From an uncultured Verrucomicrobiae bacterium (GTDB lineage Bacteria; Verrucomicrobiota; Verrucomicrobiia; Chthoniobacterales; UBA10450): 64,000 nt of DNA. Below the pieces are notes generated by a model, which saw only the letters and a list, made by a program, of their open reading frames with translations, ran no database searches and had not been told where the DNA came from. A program made the translations under genes and the position numbers. The stretch is taken from the NCBI GenBank assembly GCA_963801815.1, contig CAWDGJ010000002.1, positions 800,001-864,000 of the forward strand, given 5' to 3'. Of this stretch, positions 9,896-20,165 are shown piece by piece (the stretch's first letter is position 1; each line of letters opens with the position of its first letter).

Positions 9896-11119
9896 TCAGT
9901 TTTTGGAAAATGTTACCGGCAACGCGGTGAGTCCGCGCAGACCTGAGTTTTCCCGCCAGGTCAATGGCCCGGGTTTGAGGTTCAGGCTCCCCAGTCTGCG
10001 CAAAAGGACTTCGAAAGAAATTTGTCCCTCCATGCGCGCCAGCGGCGCGCCGAAACAGAAATGACTCGACCAGCCAAAGGCGAGATGCTTGTTGTCTTTG
10101 CGATCTAGAATAAGCCGATCCGGATCCGGAAAACGTTCCGGGTCACGGTTAGCCGCGGCCATGATGGCCATCACTGCCTGCCCTTTTCGGATTTTCTTTC
10201 CGCCAAGATCGACATCTTCACGAGCGATGCGACCGGTGTGCTGGCTTGGGCTTTCGTAACGCAGCAGTTCCTCGATGGCGGACGGAATGAGATCTCGATT
10301 GTCCAGCAAGCGGTGAAATTCTTCGCCATTTTGCATCAGGGTGAACAGACCGCTGCCAATGAGATTGGTCGTCGTCTCTTGTCCGCCGACCATCGTGACA
10401 ATGCAATTCGCGACGATCTCCTCTTCTGATAACCGATCGCCATCCAATTCGGCGGTCATAAATGAGTGAATCAATCCCTCCTTGGGATGTGTGCGCATTC
10501 TTCGGATCGCTTCCTTAAAGTAATTCACGAGATTGTTTGTGCTCGCGAGCACTCGCGAAACGCGATCGGGGTTGTGTTGAAAATTTCCGAGCATCTCGGC
10601 AAAGTCGGCCGACCATTTCTTAAGGTTCACGTGGTCCTCGGTCGGCACGCCGAGCATTTCCGCCGTGACAATGGCCGGCAACGGCGCGGCGAAGTCTGCG
10701 ATGATGTCCATTTGTCCACGATCTTGAACTTTATCGACCAAATTCTCCGCGATTTCCTGGATGTGTGATCGCAACGCCGCGACGCGCTGCGGTGTGAACG
10801 CGGTCGAGGCGAGGCCACGCAGGCGGGCGTGAGCCGGACCATCCATGAAAAGCATTTGCTTCACCATCACCTTGGCAATCGGGTTCAGCGCGGAAAGGCC
10901 CATGCTGGAAAGTTGTTCCGGCGTCGGGGTGCGATCGGCTGAGAAAGCACTGAGCACGGTCACTACATCGTCATACCGGGTCACGACCCACGTCTGCAGA
11001 AAGCGGTCCCAATGGACTGGATCTTCCGACCGCAGTTTATGATAGAGAGGATAAGGATTTGCCAGAACCTCCGGTTCCAGCAATCGGACAAGACTCAAAC
11101 TGGCATCCGATGAGGGCAT
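9896..11119 (-). CDS. Cytochrome P450
   Basis: I-helix VGGQETT, EELLRY (ExxR), heme loop FGWSSHFCFG. Confidence 0.95.
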   Translation of the reverse strand: MPSSDASLSLVRLLEPEVLANPYPLYHKLRSEDPVHWDRFLQTWVVTRYDDVVTVLSAFSADRTPTPEQLSSMGLSALNPIAKVMVKQMLFMDGPAHARLRGLASTAFTPQRVAALRSHIQEIAENLVDKVQDRGQMDIIADFAAPLPAIVTAEMLGVPTEDHVNLKKWSADFAEMLGNFQHNPDRVSRVLASTNNLVNYFKEAIRRMRTHPKEGLIHSFMTAELDGDRLSEEEIVANCIVTMVGGQETTTNLIGSGLFTLMQNGEEFHRLLDNRDLIPSAIEELLRYESPSQHTGRIAREDVDLGGKKIRKGQAVMAIMAAANRDPERFPDPDRLILDRKDNKHLAFGWSSHFCFGAPLARMEGQISFEVLLRRLGSLNLKPGPLTWRENSGLRGLTALPVTFSKN

Positions 11120-12939
11120 TATTCCCTTTTCGCGTTTTCATTCAGTGCGGCCATGGCCGCGTCGACTTCTGCTTCATTCATCGCGCTGACTTTCCGCGCG
11201 AGAGCCTGCTCGATTCTTTTTGAAAGCTGGGCCACCGTCGGGGCATCGAACACATCGAGTAGTTTAAGCTCGGCCCCGAATACACTGCGGACATGTGCGA
11301 CGATCTGCGCTCCGAGAAGGGAGTGCGCGCCGAGATGAAAGAAATCCTCGTGTACGCTCACTCGCGATACTTTTAGCACGTCGCTGATAATTTCGGCCAG
11401 CGCCCCCTCGGTTGGATTACGAGGGGCGACAAACTCGGCATCAGTAGCACGTGTTCGAACCTCCGGCGGCGGCAACGCCGCGCGGTCGATTTTTCCGTTT
11501 GGCGTGAGCGGCATCACCTTCAGCCAAACGAATGCAGACGGTTCCATATAGTCGGGCAGTCGTTGGCGGATCACGTCGCGCAGAGATTGTTCCGTCAGTT
11601 TCGATCCGGCTTTTGGAACAACGTAGGCCACGAGCCGCTTTTCACCGAAATCGTCCTCGCGTGCAGCGACCACGCTCGCTTGCACCGATGGGTGTTGGTT
11701 AAGCACAGCGCTGATTTCGCCCGGCTCCACGCGATAACCCCGGATTTTTACCTGATCGTCAATGCGCCCTAAAAAGCTTATCTCACCAGTCGGCAGCAAA
11801 CGGCCAAGGTCTCCGGTTCGATAAAGCAGTCCGCCATCGCTGCCAAAAGGATCGGCGACAAATCGTTTTGCGGTTAAGTTCTGCCGATTCCGGTAACCGC
11901 GACCGACGCCGAGTCCTCCGATGTAAATTTCGCCGGCTGCGCCTTTAGAAACCGGTTGGAGCCGCTCGTCCAAGATATGGATGTGAACATTATCGATTGG
12001 AAATCCAACAGACGGCAACGAATCGGAGTTTTCGCTCGGCGCAATTGTCCCTGAAGTAGCGACAACAGTGCATTCCGTCGGACCGTAATTATTTACAAAC
12101 GTGAATGGAAGACCACTCGGCGGATGACGATGCAACGTGTCGGCGCCGGTGAGCAGGAAGCGTACAGCCGATTCCGCCGGCCAGGTTAAATCGAGTAACT
12201 GCTCGGCAATTGCAGTGGAGACGTAGCTGATCGTGATTCGATTTGCCACCAACCAATCTCGCAAATTTGTGGCCGACATCCGGGTCGACTCATCGGGTAT
12301 ATAAATTGTCGCCCCGGCGGCGAGATGAGGCCAGATTTCCCACACCGCGGCATCAAACGCGGTCCCCGCCTGAAAACTCGCGCGGGTGGATTGGTCCACC
12401 TTGAAGGCCCGTAAGTGCCAGTCGATCAAATTGGAAAGATTTCGGTGTGCGATCTCAACACCCTTCGGCTGCCCGGTTGAACCCGAAGTGTAGATGACAT
12501 AGGCCAGGTTCCGCGGTCGGATGTCGCTCTTGATGGGCGTCGCCGGTTGCCGTTCGATATCTTTTTGGTCCACATCCAGATTGACGGTTTTGATGTTCAA
12601 GCCAACGAAGTGGCGCGCGAGTTTCCCGTTTGTGATTACGAGCTGGACGCCCGCATCTTGAGTCACGAAACGTAATCGCTCCGACGGCTCGGCCGTCTCT
12701 ATCGGAAGATACGCGGCGCCGCATTTCATGACCGCGAGAGCAGCGATGATAAATTCCGGTGATCTTTCGAGACAGATGCCAACCAACGGTTCCGAGCCTG
12801 CCAAAGACGGAGAAAAATGATGAGCGAGCTGGTTTGCCCGGCGCTCTAACTCTCCGTAAGTCAGTGCCCCGGAATCTGATTGGACTGCGATCCGGCCGGG
12901 ACCGAGCTTGACTTGAGCAGCGATCAACGCCGGTGTCAT
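11119..12939 (-). CDS. Stand-alone NRPS A-T didomain (initiation module)
   Basis: YTSGSTGQPKG, NNYGPTE, YRTGDL, PNGKIDR, T motif LGAHSL; TAATG overlap with the P450 start. Confidence 0.92.
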   Translation of the reverse strand: MTPALIAAQVKLGPGRIAVQSDSGALTYGELERRANQLAHHFSPSLAGSEPLVGICLERSPEFIIAALAVMKCGAAYLPIETAEPSERLRFVTQDAGVQLVITNGKLARHFVGLNIKTVNLDVDQKDIERQPATPIKSDIRPRNLAYVIYTSGSTGQPKGVEIAHRNLSNLIDWHLRAFKVDQSTRASFQAGTAFDAAVWEIWPHLAAGATIYIPDESTRMSATNLRDWLVANRITISYVSTAIAEQLLDLTWPAESAVRFLLTGADTLHRHPPSGLPFTFVNNYGPTECTVVATSGTIAPSENSDSLPSVGFPIDNVHIHILDERLQPVSKGAAGEIYIGGLGVGRGYRNRQNLTAKRFVADPFGSDGGLLYRTGDLGRLLPTGEISFLGRIDDQVKIRGYRVEPGEISAVLNQHPSVQASVVAAREDDFGEKRLVAYVVPKAGSKLTEQSLRDVIRQRLPDYMEPSAFVWLKVMPLTPNGKIDRAALPPPEVRTRATDAEFVAPRNPTEGALAEIISDVLKVSRVSVHEDFFHLGAHSLLGAQIVAHVRSVFGAELKLLDVFDAPTVAQLSKRIEQALARKVSAMNEAEVDAAMAALNENAKRE

Positions 12940-13080
12940 TTCGAGAAGTGTGAGTGGCCGTCGGACCAGTTTTTATGGTCATTCTATGAAGTTCGCCTGT
13001 AGGATCGAGTATTATCGAGCGTCTGAAGCGCCATCCGTGCCGTTGGCTTTCCGCGCTTGCGCCACATGCTAGATTGGTTT

Positions 13081-14010
13081 GTGGAAAAAGTAATCATTGT
13101 TGGCAGCGGTTGCGCAGGCCTGACTGCGGCAATCTACGCCGGGCGGGCCAATTTGGGTCCCCTCGTTTTAGAGGGACGTCAGCCCGGAGGCCAGCTTTCC
13201 ACCACCACGCTAGTCGAAAATTTTCCAGGATTTCCCGAAGGAATCGACGGACCGCAGCTGATCATGAACATGCATCAGCAGGCCGAAAAATTCGGTGCGC
13301 GCTTTTCCTACGCCGAAGTGACGGACTTCGAACCAATGAACAATCACATTCGGGTCAAAGCGGATGACGAATGGCTCGAGACGCGGGCGTTAATCATCGC
13401 CAGCGGCGCGTCGGCCCGTTATCTGGGGCTGGACGACGAGGAAAAACTGATCGGCCACGGCCTAACGAGTTGCGCGACTTGCGACGGCGCGTTCTACAAG
13501 AACGTGCCGGTGGCGGTAATCGGTGGCGGGGATTCCGCGGCCGAGGAGTCGACCTTCCTGACCCGGTTTGCCTCGAAAGTTTATCTCATCCATCGACGCG
13601 ACCAGTTGCGGGCGTCGAAAATCATGCAAGACCGTGTGTTCGCGAACAAAAAGATCGAGCCGATCTGGAACACAGTCGTTACGAAATACATTCCGGATGA
13701 AAAGGGCGAGATGTTCGCAGTCATGTTGCGCAACGTGAACACGCATGAGGAACGCGAGCTGGCCGTCTCGGCCGTTTTTGTGGCGATCGGTCACGATCCA
13801 AATACGCAAGCGTATCGCGGCAAGCTCGAGACCGATCCAGAAGGGTACTTGATTGCGAAACGTCTGGTCGAAAGCAAACATCCCGGCGTGTTTATCGCCG
13901 GTGACGTCGCGGACCGTGTTTACAAGCAAGCGGTCACGGCAGCCGGCTCGGGCTGTGCGGCCGCGCTCGAGGCGGAGAAGTACTTAAGCGAATTGGAATC
14001 GCGCTCGTGA
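13081..14010 (+). CDS. trxB: Thioredoxin-disulfide reductase
   Basis: GSGCAG, CATCDG, GGGDSAAEE, IHRRD, AGDV motifs. Confidence 0.93.
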   Translation: MEKVIIVGSGCAGLTAAIYAGRANLGPLVLEGRQPGGQLSTTTLVENFPGFPEGIDGPQLIMNMHQQAEKFGARFSYAEVTDFEPMNNHIRVKADDEWLETRALIIASGASARYLGLDDEEKLIGHGLTSCATCDGAFYKNVPVAVIGGGDSAAEESTFLTRFASKVYLIHRRDQLRASKIMQDRVFANKKIEPIWNTVVTKYIPDEKGEMFAVMLRNVNTHEERELAVSAVFVAIGHDPNTQAYRGKLETDPEGYLIAKRLVESKHPGVFIAGDVADRVYKQAVTAAGSGCAAALEAEKYLSELESRS

Positions 14011-14065
14011 GTGACGTCCGAATTGTGGGCAAGCGGAGCGCTTGGCCTGCAACACCGTAGAGTGC

Positions 14066-15250
14066 GTGAAAGTTTGTGATCTAACCCAGTTTTATTCGCC
14101 GCGCAGCGGCGGGGTTAAGCGGTACCTGCACGAAAAGCTCGATTACATCGACCAGCATATGCCGCTCGATCAAGACGTGCTCGTTGTTCCCGGTCAGAAA
14201 ACCGGGGTCGACGTCCGCGGAAGATCGCGGATTTACACAATCCGATCACCGCTGATTTCGAGGACCGGTCGTTATCGGGCACTGGTGAATCTCCGCGCGG
14301 TGGGCAGAATTTTGAAGAGTGAGCGGCCGGACATTATCGAGTCGGGTGATCCTTATCAACTTGGCTGGAAAGCAGTTCGCGCCGGCCGCGCGCTGAACAT
14401 TCCGGTTGTCGGCTTTTATCATTCGCATTTTCCGGAAGCGTATTTGCGGGCCAGCGCGAAGCTTCTGGGAAAACGGGCCGCTGGACGCGTGATGAAGTTA
14501 TCTCGGGGTTACGTGCGCCGGCTCTACAACCGGTTCTCCGTTACACTGGTGGCGTCGGACCGGTTGGCAAAGGTGCTCAACGATTGGGGCGTGCACAACG
14601 TCCGGGTTGTGAAACTCGGAGTTAACGTCGACACCTTTCACCCGGACGAACGTCATCGGGGCTCGGTTCGGAGTTCGTTGGGGATCGCACCTCGCCGGAA
14701 GCTGCTGCTTTACGTTGGACGACTCGCGAAAGAAAAGAACACCGCCAGACTCTTCAACGCCTATTCGATTTTGAATCAACGAAAGCCAGATGCGTTTCAC
14801 CTGCTGGTGATCGGCGAAGGACCACAGCGCAGCCAACTGCGCCGGTTACAGCAAGAGCAGCGGAGCGTTTCGTGGATCCAATATTGCGCGGAGCCGGGCG
14901 ACCTGGCCCGCTATTATCGAGCAGCCGATTTGTTCGTTCATCCGGGCGTGCAGGAAACATTTGGACTCGTCGCGTTGGAAAGTCAGGCTTGCGGCACACC
15001 GGTCGTTGGAATCCGAGGCACGGCGCTGGACGATTTGATCTTTCATGATCAGAGCGGCTGGGCGAACGAGAACACCGCGGAATCGCTGGCCGAAGCGGTC
15101 GAGCGATTCAGTGCGCGGGACTTGCCGACCCTCGGGAAAGAAGCCGCCGAGCAGGCGGCGCGGTTGCATGCCTGGCCGAAGGTCTTTGAACGCCTTTTTT
15201 GCATTTACCGCGAGGTATGTGCAGACTACAAAGGAAATTCGCAAAAATGA
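14066..15250 (+). CDS. Glycosyltransferase family 4
   Basis: SGGVKRY, YVGRLAKEK, ETFGLVALESQACGTPVV (EX7E). Confidence 0.9.
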   Translation: MKVCDLTQFYSPRSGGVKRYLHEKLDYIDQHMPLDQDVLVVPGQKTGVDVRGRSRIYTIRSPLISRTGRYRALVNLRAVGRILKSERPDIIESGDPYQLGWKAVRAGRALNIPVVGFYHSHFPEAYLRASAKLLGKRAAGRVMKLSRGYVRRLYNRFSVTLVASDRLAKVLNDWGVHNVRVVKLGVNVDTFHPDERHRGSVRSSLGIAPRRKLLLYVGRLAKEKNTARLFNAYSILNQRKPDAFHLLVIGEGPQRSQLRRLQQEQRSVSWIQYCAEPGDLARYYRAADLFVHPGVQETFGLVALESQACGTPVVGIRGTALDDLIFHDQSGWANENTAESLAEAVERFSARDLPTLGKEAAEQAARLHAWPKVFERLFCIYREVCADYKGNSQK

Positions 15251-15933
15251 GCACCGACAACTCATTCACTATCCGCAGTTATCGCAAAACCGACCGCGAG
15301 GCGGTGCGACAGCTGTGTTGCGACACTGGATTTCTGGGAGCTCCAATCGATCCCGTCTACGAAGATCGACGATTGTTCGCTGACTTTCTCACCACCTATT
15401 ACACGGATTGGGAACCGGAGTCCTCTTTCGTGATTGAAATCAATGGGGAAATCCGTGGCTACCTCCTTGGCTCGCGGAAGCCGTTGCGCAATCAGCTCTA
15501 CTCATTTTGGCAGAATATTTCGCTCTTTTTGAAGGCGCTGACTCGCTACTTTCGTTACAACGTCGCGTCGCGTCGCTTCGTGCGTTGGATTTTAGTGAAT
15601 GGTTGGCGCGAAGTGCCGGCCGCACCACGGCGGGTTCCGCATTTCCACATCAACCTGCTTCCGGACGCGCGGAAAATGTCGACCACGCGCGCACTCATGA
15701 GCGCGTACCTAAGTTACCTTTATCGCTGCGGCGAAAAACGCGTCTACGGACAGATCGTCACGTTTGAAAGTCGGCGCGGAGAACAAATGTTCGAGCGTTA
15801 CGGCTTTAAAGTTTTGAACCGCGCCGAGATCACGAAGTACAAGGCGTTTTATCCGCAATCAGTTTATCTCAGCACCGTGATCAAGAACCTGGAAACGGCC
15901 GAGCCGCTGCGGGTGACGTCGCGCTCGCGCTGA
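15247..15933 (+). CDS. GNAT-family acetyltransferase-like protein
   Basis: IRSYRKTD..LCCDTG, GYLLG, HFHINLLP, ERYGF pattern. Confidence 0.65.
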   Translation: MSTDNSFTIRSYRKTDREAVRQLCCDTGFLGAPIDPVYEDRRLFADFLTTYYTDWEPESSFVIEINGEIRGYLLGSRKPLRNQLYSFWQNISLFLKALTRYFRYNVASRRFVRWILVNGWREVPAAPRRVPHFHINLLPDARKMSTTRALMSAYLSYLYRCGEKRVYGQIVTFESRRGEQMFERYGFKVLNRAEITKYKAFYPQSVYLSTVIKNLETAEPLRVTSRSR

Positions 15934-15940
15934 CTTTTTG

Positions 15941-18352
15941 TCAGGGCGCTATTGGGAGCCGGATTCGCGGGCAGCGCCGTGATAGTGCGGCAAAAGCCAG
16001 CGTCGCGACGATACTAATTCCCGTGCCGAGATACAAAAATGGGGGAGAATAAAAAAGTTCGACGCTATGCATGCCCGCTGGTAACGGGACGCCAAGCAAA
16101 CCGATATCAGCTCGGACGACTGGTACGGACTTGTCGTCGACTCTGGTGTGCCAGCCATCGTCAAATGGCATTTGAAACAGGAGCACGCTGTCACGATCGA
16201 CGCTTACGTTGCCGGTAATTCGCGTTTCGCGGAAGGTGCTTAGACTCAGAGCATGCGAACGCAGGCGCGCGAGAGCGTCTGTGTCAGAAATATCACGCAA
16301 CTGCTGCTCAAGCTCATCAAGGCCAATTTTTTTGATCTGCAGATTGGACAACCTTGCTCCATCTCCAATGACTAGCGCATGCTGGAACGCCCTTTGTTTT
16401 GTCCATTTTGGCATTTGCGAGAAAGCTTCTTCTGGGAACCAGCTGTCGAATGCAACCCCAAGCGGCACAAAGGCAGTATTGCGAAAGACGTAAATGTCGT
16501 CGTAACGATTAAGGAATTCGTAGTGATCAGCGGGTGCGAAACGGTCCGGCTCCTGTGTGATGAGAAACTTCTCGCAAGCGAACGCGGACAGGAGCGGTTC
16601 CCAAAGCAAACCAGTGGACCATTGAGCGTCAGTCGGGAGGTTGTCGGCTGGAATTGCTTCGGTTCCGAGCAGGAATCTCACGTAGTCGAGGTTGTTGAAC
16701 GAGCTATAGGACATCGTTCCGTAGTAGCCGAAAACCATCGCGTCGTTATAGCTGATCCGATTTGCCAGGCCGGATCCCCAAGTTTTGTTGATGCGAAAGA
16801 AGGTGCGCTCGTCCGTCCCGTTGATATCGCGCAATGCTTCAATTGTGTGATCGTTATAACCCTTGCGTTGTCGCAAGTCTTCCTTGCTCAAAGTCGGACG
16901 ATTTACAGTAAGCTCGTCAAAATAGACGAGGTTGATAAGGCCAATCAGGGCAACGATCCAACCTGCCAGTTTTTGTCGCTCAAAAAATTGACCAGCCGCC
17001 AGCATGGCAGCCATCAGCCCTAGCGTAATCGCGGCTAGCTGCCGTATGCCTGGATCGACAACCGTTTGCTCCAAAGGAATCGGTAGATAGAGAAAGCTGA
17101 CCAACGCCAGTACAGTACCAATTAACACCCAGTAATTTAGTCTGCGCTCTTCCTGATACGCGGAAAACGCTCGCATGCTCAGCAAGATAAATCCGAAGAT
17201 CGAAAAGAGAGAGAAAGCCCGAAAATATCCGCCTTTAAAAAACCAAAGTGCGTAACGAAACCATGGAAAGAGCACTGGGATGAGAATGATGACGAGAAAG
17301 AGAATGTAAGCGACCCGTTCCCGTTTCGTAACGGTGAGAAAAATCTGGGGCCACATTAGGAGAGTGATCAAACCGCAAAATGCCACGGGCGCTTCGAAAT
17401 AATTTTCCCACCCGTGAAATTGGTCACCCGAGCCAAGAATATCGTTTGAGAACGGGCGCATTGCCGCCGTCAAATAGTAGGCGAGAGATTCCAAATGAAA
17501 TATATTTCCGGGAGAAGCTGCAAAAGCGAAGTTTGGGATCGTTCCCGAGCCTCGCGGGGTATTGAGAATGCAGTGCAAACTGCCAATCCAAATTACAGCA
17601 CCCAAGCCAACTCCAAGGAGGCAGCTAACTCCGATTTGTGTTGCGGCCCACGCCCACGTTCGCGGATTCCATCCATGGATTTCGATTAACCGGGCCGGGA
17701 CGTAACAGATAAGAACCAGCGCCGCCAGGAAGAGATGAAACACTGTTATTAGCCCCACTAACGCGATGGCGAATGGTAGATAGAACCAGCGGCCGCTGCT
17801 GATGGCGCTTTCGCCGGCAAAAAGCAAGAACGCGAAACCAACGACTTCATCCGCGTTGATGATCCAGCAGCTTCCCATACACATGTAGGCTGAAAATGCG
17901 AGGAATAGCGAGCCGAGTAAGGAGCTGCAAAAATTCAGGCCTCGAATCTGGAGGTAACGAAAGAAAATCAGTCCGGCGATTAGAGTTTTCAGCAGATGTT
18001 GAAAGATCAATGCGTCCGCGATGAATCTTTTCGGCAACCAAATCACCGGCTCCCAGATCAGGTCGCCGGCAAGGTAAAAAATGCTTTGGCCCATACCGAC
18101 AGAAAATGACCAGGACGGAAAACCTTCGTGCCGGACGTAGTCGGAGAGATGGACGAGAGTCGGATAATAATCGTTCAGCGAGTCAGCACCGATATCCAGG
18201 TACAAAGGGAGTCTGTCCCTCCACAGGAAATCGTGAAAGATAACAGCGCCGGCCAAAGTTAGGGCTAACGCAACTATCAAATCGGGAATGAATTTCTTCG
18301 CGCCGGCGTCCTTCCGTGCAGGCCCGGGAGCCAGCGAACACGCCCCGATCAT
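15941..18352 (-). CDS. YfhO-family polytopic membrane protein (GT-C-like)
   Basis: N-terminal GADS..YYP..W.FSVGMG, many TM helices, C-terminal PFDDGW..RVD..G.HSVELFY.P plus TM. Confidence 0.75.
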   Translation of the reverse strand: MIGACSLAPGPARKDAGAKKFIPDLIVALALTLAGAVIFHDFLWRDRLPLYLDIGADSLNDYYPTLVHLSDYVRHEGFPSWSFSVGMGQSIFYLAGDLIWEPVIWLPKRFIADALIFQHLLKTLIAGLIFFRYLQIRGLNFCSSLLGSLFLAFSAYMCMGSCWIINADEVVGFAFLLFAGESAISSGRWFYLPFAIALVGLITVFHLFLAALVLICYVPARLIEIHGWNPRTWAWAATQIGVSCLLGVGLGAVIWIGSLHCILNTPRGSGTIPNFAFAASPGNIFHLESLAYYLTAAMRPFSNDILGSGDQFHGWENYFEAPVAFCGLITLLMWPQIFLTVTKRERVAYILFLVIILIPVLFPWFRYALWFFKGGYFRAFSLFSIFGFILLSMRAFSAYQEERRLNYWVLIGTVLALVSFLYLPIPLEQTVVDPGIRQLAAITLGLMAAMLAAGQFFERQKLAGWIVALIGLINLVYFDELTVNRPTLSKEDLRQRKGYNDHTIEALRDINGTDERTFFRINKTWGSGLANRISYNDAMVFGYYGTMSYSSFNNLDYVRFLLGTEAIPADNLPTDAQWSTGLLWEPLLSAFACEKFLITQEPDRFAPADHYEFLNRYDDIYVFRNTAFVPLGVAFDSWFPEEAFSQMPKWTKQRAFQHALVIGDGARLSNLQIKKIGLDELEQQLRDISDTDALARLRSHALSLSTFRETRITGNVSVDRDSVLLFQMPFDDGWHTRVDDKSVPVVRADIGLLGVPLPAGMHSVELFYSPPFLYLGTGISIVATLAFAALSRRCPRIRLPIAP

Positions 18353-18422
18353 AAAACTAAAGCCTTTTTTATAGGAGCGATCGCTCGCGGCCTCATTCCA
18401 GTTCGAGATTATCCGGCTCTTT

Positions 18423-19904
18423 TTAAAGATGAAACCAATTATGCTCGCTCGTGAAAACGCTGTGCTTCACCATCATCTCCGAAATTGATGCGATAATCAT
18501 CATCAAACCGACTCCGATCCACGCCGGAAAGCCAATCCTGAGACGGCGAACAAACTCGCTGACGCCATAAGCGAACAAAAGAGCGAACGGCACCAACGCT
18601 CCGAGCATCAATCGTCCGGATGTGAAGTACGGATGATCCCGAGATGGAAAAATGCAACGACCAAAATCGAATTCGATCGACAGCAGAAAGAAAAGTGAGA
18701 TCGCCGCTATAAAGCCGATTGCTGCGAAGAGAAGAGCCTGCGATTGAAAATTGGAGCGCAATTGACCTGGGCGGATTGAAATAAACGCCATCGCAATAAA
18801 GATCAAAGATGAGATGGCGTAAAAATTATCTACCAAGTGAGAATGAAGCTCACGATTATGCCACATCAATTCTCCGCGCCAGAATCGTGCGATCAGTTCC
18901 GACCAAAACGTCCACAATCCACGGAGAGAAAAGATCGGATGGTGCAACCATTCGGAAAAGGGCTTTCGCGTCCAGTCCAATAACGCCATTTTAGTATTAG
19001 AACCGGTGATATCGCCAAAGTTTGTGCGACACCAATGCATCCAACTAAGAATTGGAACTCCCGCGCAAAGGGCCATAAACACGAAGGCGACAATGGTCGA
19101 TCGATCCCGTCGGTGAGTGGGAAGCAGGCAAAGGACAAGGATCGTTCCAACTGCGCTCGTGATTAGCGGCAAGTTACTCAACTTCGTCAGGAACGTCGCG
19201 GCGATGGCGAGACCGGTGACGGCGCCCAAGTAAACAGTCGGCGGTTTGGACAACCATTGCAGAATGCAAAGGAAAACAATGGCGAAACAGACCGGGGACA
19301 ACACATCATTGGTCATCACGTAGAAAGCGTCTTGTGGAATCAACGCGAGCACGAGCGCGGTCCCAATCGGTAGGCTTGTAGATCCCGGGGCGATTATCCG
19401 GCCGGCGCAAAAGCCGATTGCGACCAGGATGGCCACCAATAGTGCATTCAAAAAACGGATCCAGTACAAGCCTTGAATACCGTTCAATCCAAAAAGCTGC
19501 CCTGTTTTCCACCAGAGAGCTGCCAGCGCATAATAAAGTGGAGGTTGTGATACCTCCCAATTTATTTCGCTGCTCCAAGCCGTTTTTGTTACATCGATGA
19601 CTGGCTTCGCTTCGACCAGTGGCTGTTTCCACAAAGGCTCGGGAAATTTTCCGTCCTGAAACTGATCAGGCGTGTGAATAAATTCGGGAGAAGCGTAAAG
19701 GCTGATGAGATTTAATGCATAGCTGCTAAGCACGTCGAAATTGCGAGGAACGCGACCGTCGGAATAACGCGCGATCACGTCGAAGTGAAGATCTTCGTCG
19801 CCATTACTGAAAAATGGGAACCCCGCCGCGTAGAGAAAAGTCCGCAGCGCTCCTACCAGGCACAACAGCGCTATCAGCCACCGTTCGTCTCGCCACATCT
19901 TCAT
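18423..19904 (-). CDS. DUF2142 / GT-C-like membrane glycosyltransferase
   Basis: DEDLH acidic motif after TM1, QPPLYY, TND, TK, GR motifs, about 11 TM. Confidence 0.65.
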   Translation of the reverse strand: MKMWRDERWLIALLCLVGALRTFLYAAGFPFFSNGDEDLHFDVIARYSDGRVPRNFDVLSSYALNLISLYASPEFIHTPDQFQDGKFPEPLWKQPLVEAKPVIDVTKTAWSSEINWEVSQPPLYYALAALWWKTGQLFGLNGIQGLYWIRFLNALLVAILVAIGFCAGRIIAPGSTSLPIGTALVLALIPQDAFYVMTNDVLSPVCFAIVFLCILQWLSKPPTVYLGAVTGLAIAATFLTKLSNLPLITSAVGTILVLCLLPTHRRDRSTIVAFVFMALCAGVPILSWMHWCRTNFGDITGSNTKMALLDWTRKPFSEWLHHPIFSLRGLWTFWSELIARFWRGELMWHNRELHSHLVDNFYAISSLIFIAMAFISIRPGQLRSNFQSQALLFAAIGFIAAISLFFLLSIEFDFGRCIFPSRDHPYFTSGRLMLGALVPFALLFAYGVSEFVRRLRIGFPAWIGVGLMMIIASISEMMVKHSVFTSEHNWFHL

Positions 19905-20082
19905 GCTGCCCGGGTCGTTACGGGCGAGGTTTGCTTTGCGCCTGTCAAAAGCGTTTCGAAATGGTGTCTGCGAATCTGAATTAGCACTCCGATTCTTAGC
20001 CTAAGACCGCTGGCCATACTAATCATGCGAACGTTGCTTCCTGGCTTTGTTAAAAACGGAGGACCGACGGCAATGTCCATTG

Positions 20083-20111
20083 TTGTCGTAGCTGAGACTC
20101 TACGCTACTTT
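20083..20111 (+). promoter_or_regulatory. Sigma70-like promoter in front of the tRNA-Thr 5' fragment
   Basis: TTGTCG-17 bp-TACTTT, 15 bp before the tRNA fragment. Confidence 0.5.
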
Positions 20112-20126
20112 CTCGCCGCATTTTTT

Positions 20127-20165
20127 GCCGGCATAGTTCAGTTGGTAGAGCAGCTGATTTGTAAT
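20127..20165 (+). pseudogene. 5' half of tRNA-Thr(TGT), att-like duplication
   Basis: 38/39 identical to 23474-23512; stops just after the anticodon loop. Confidence 0.9.
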
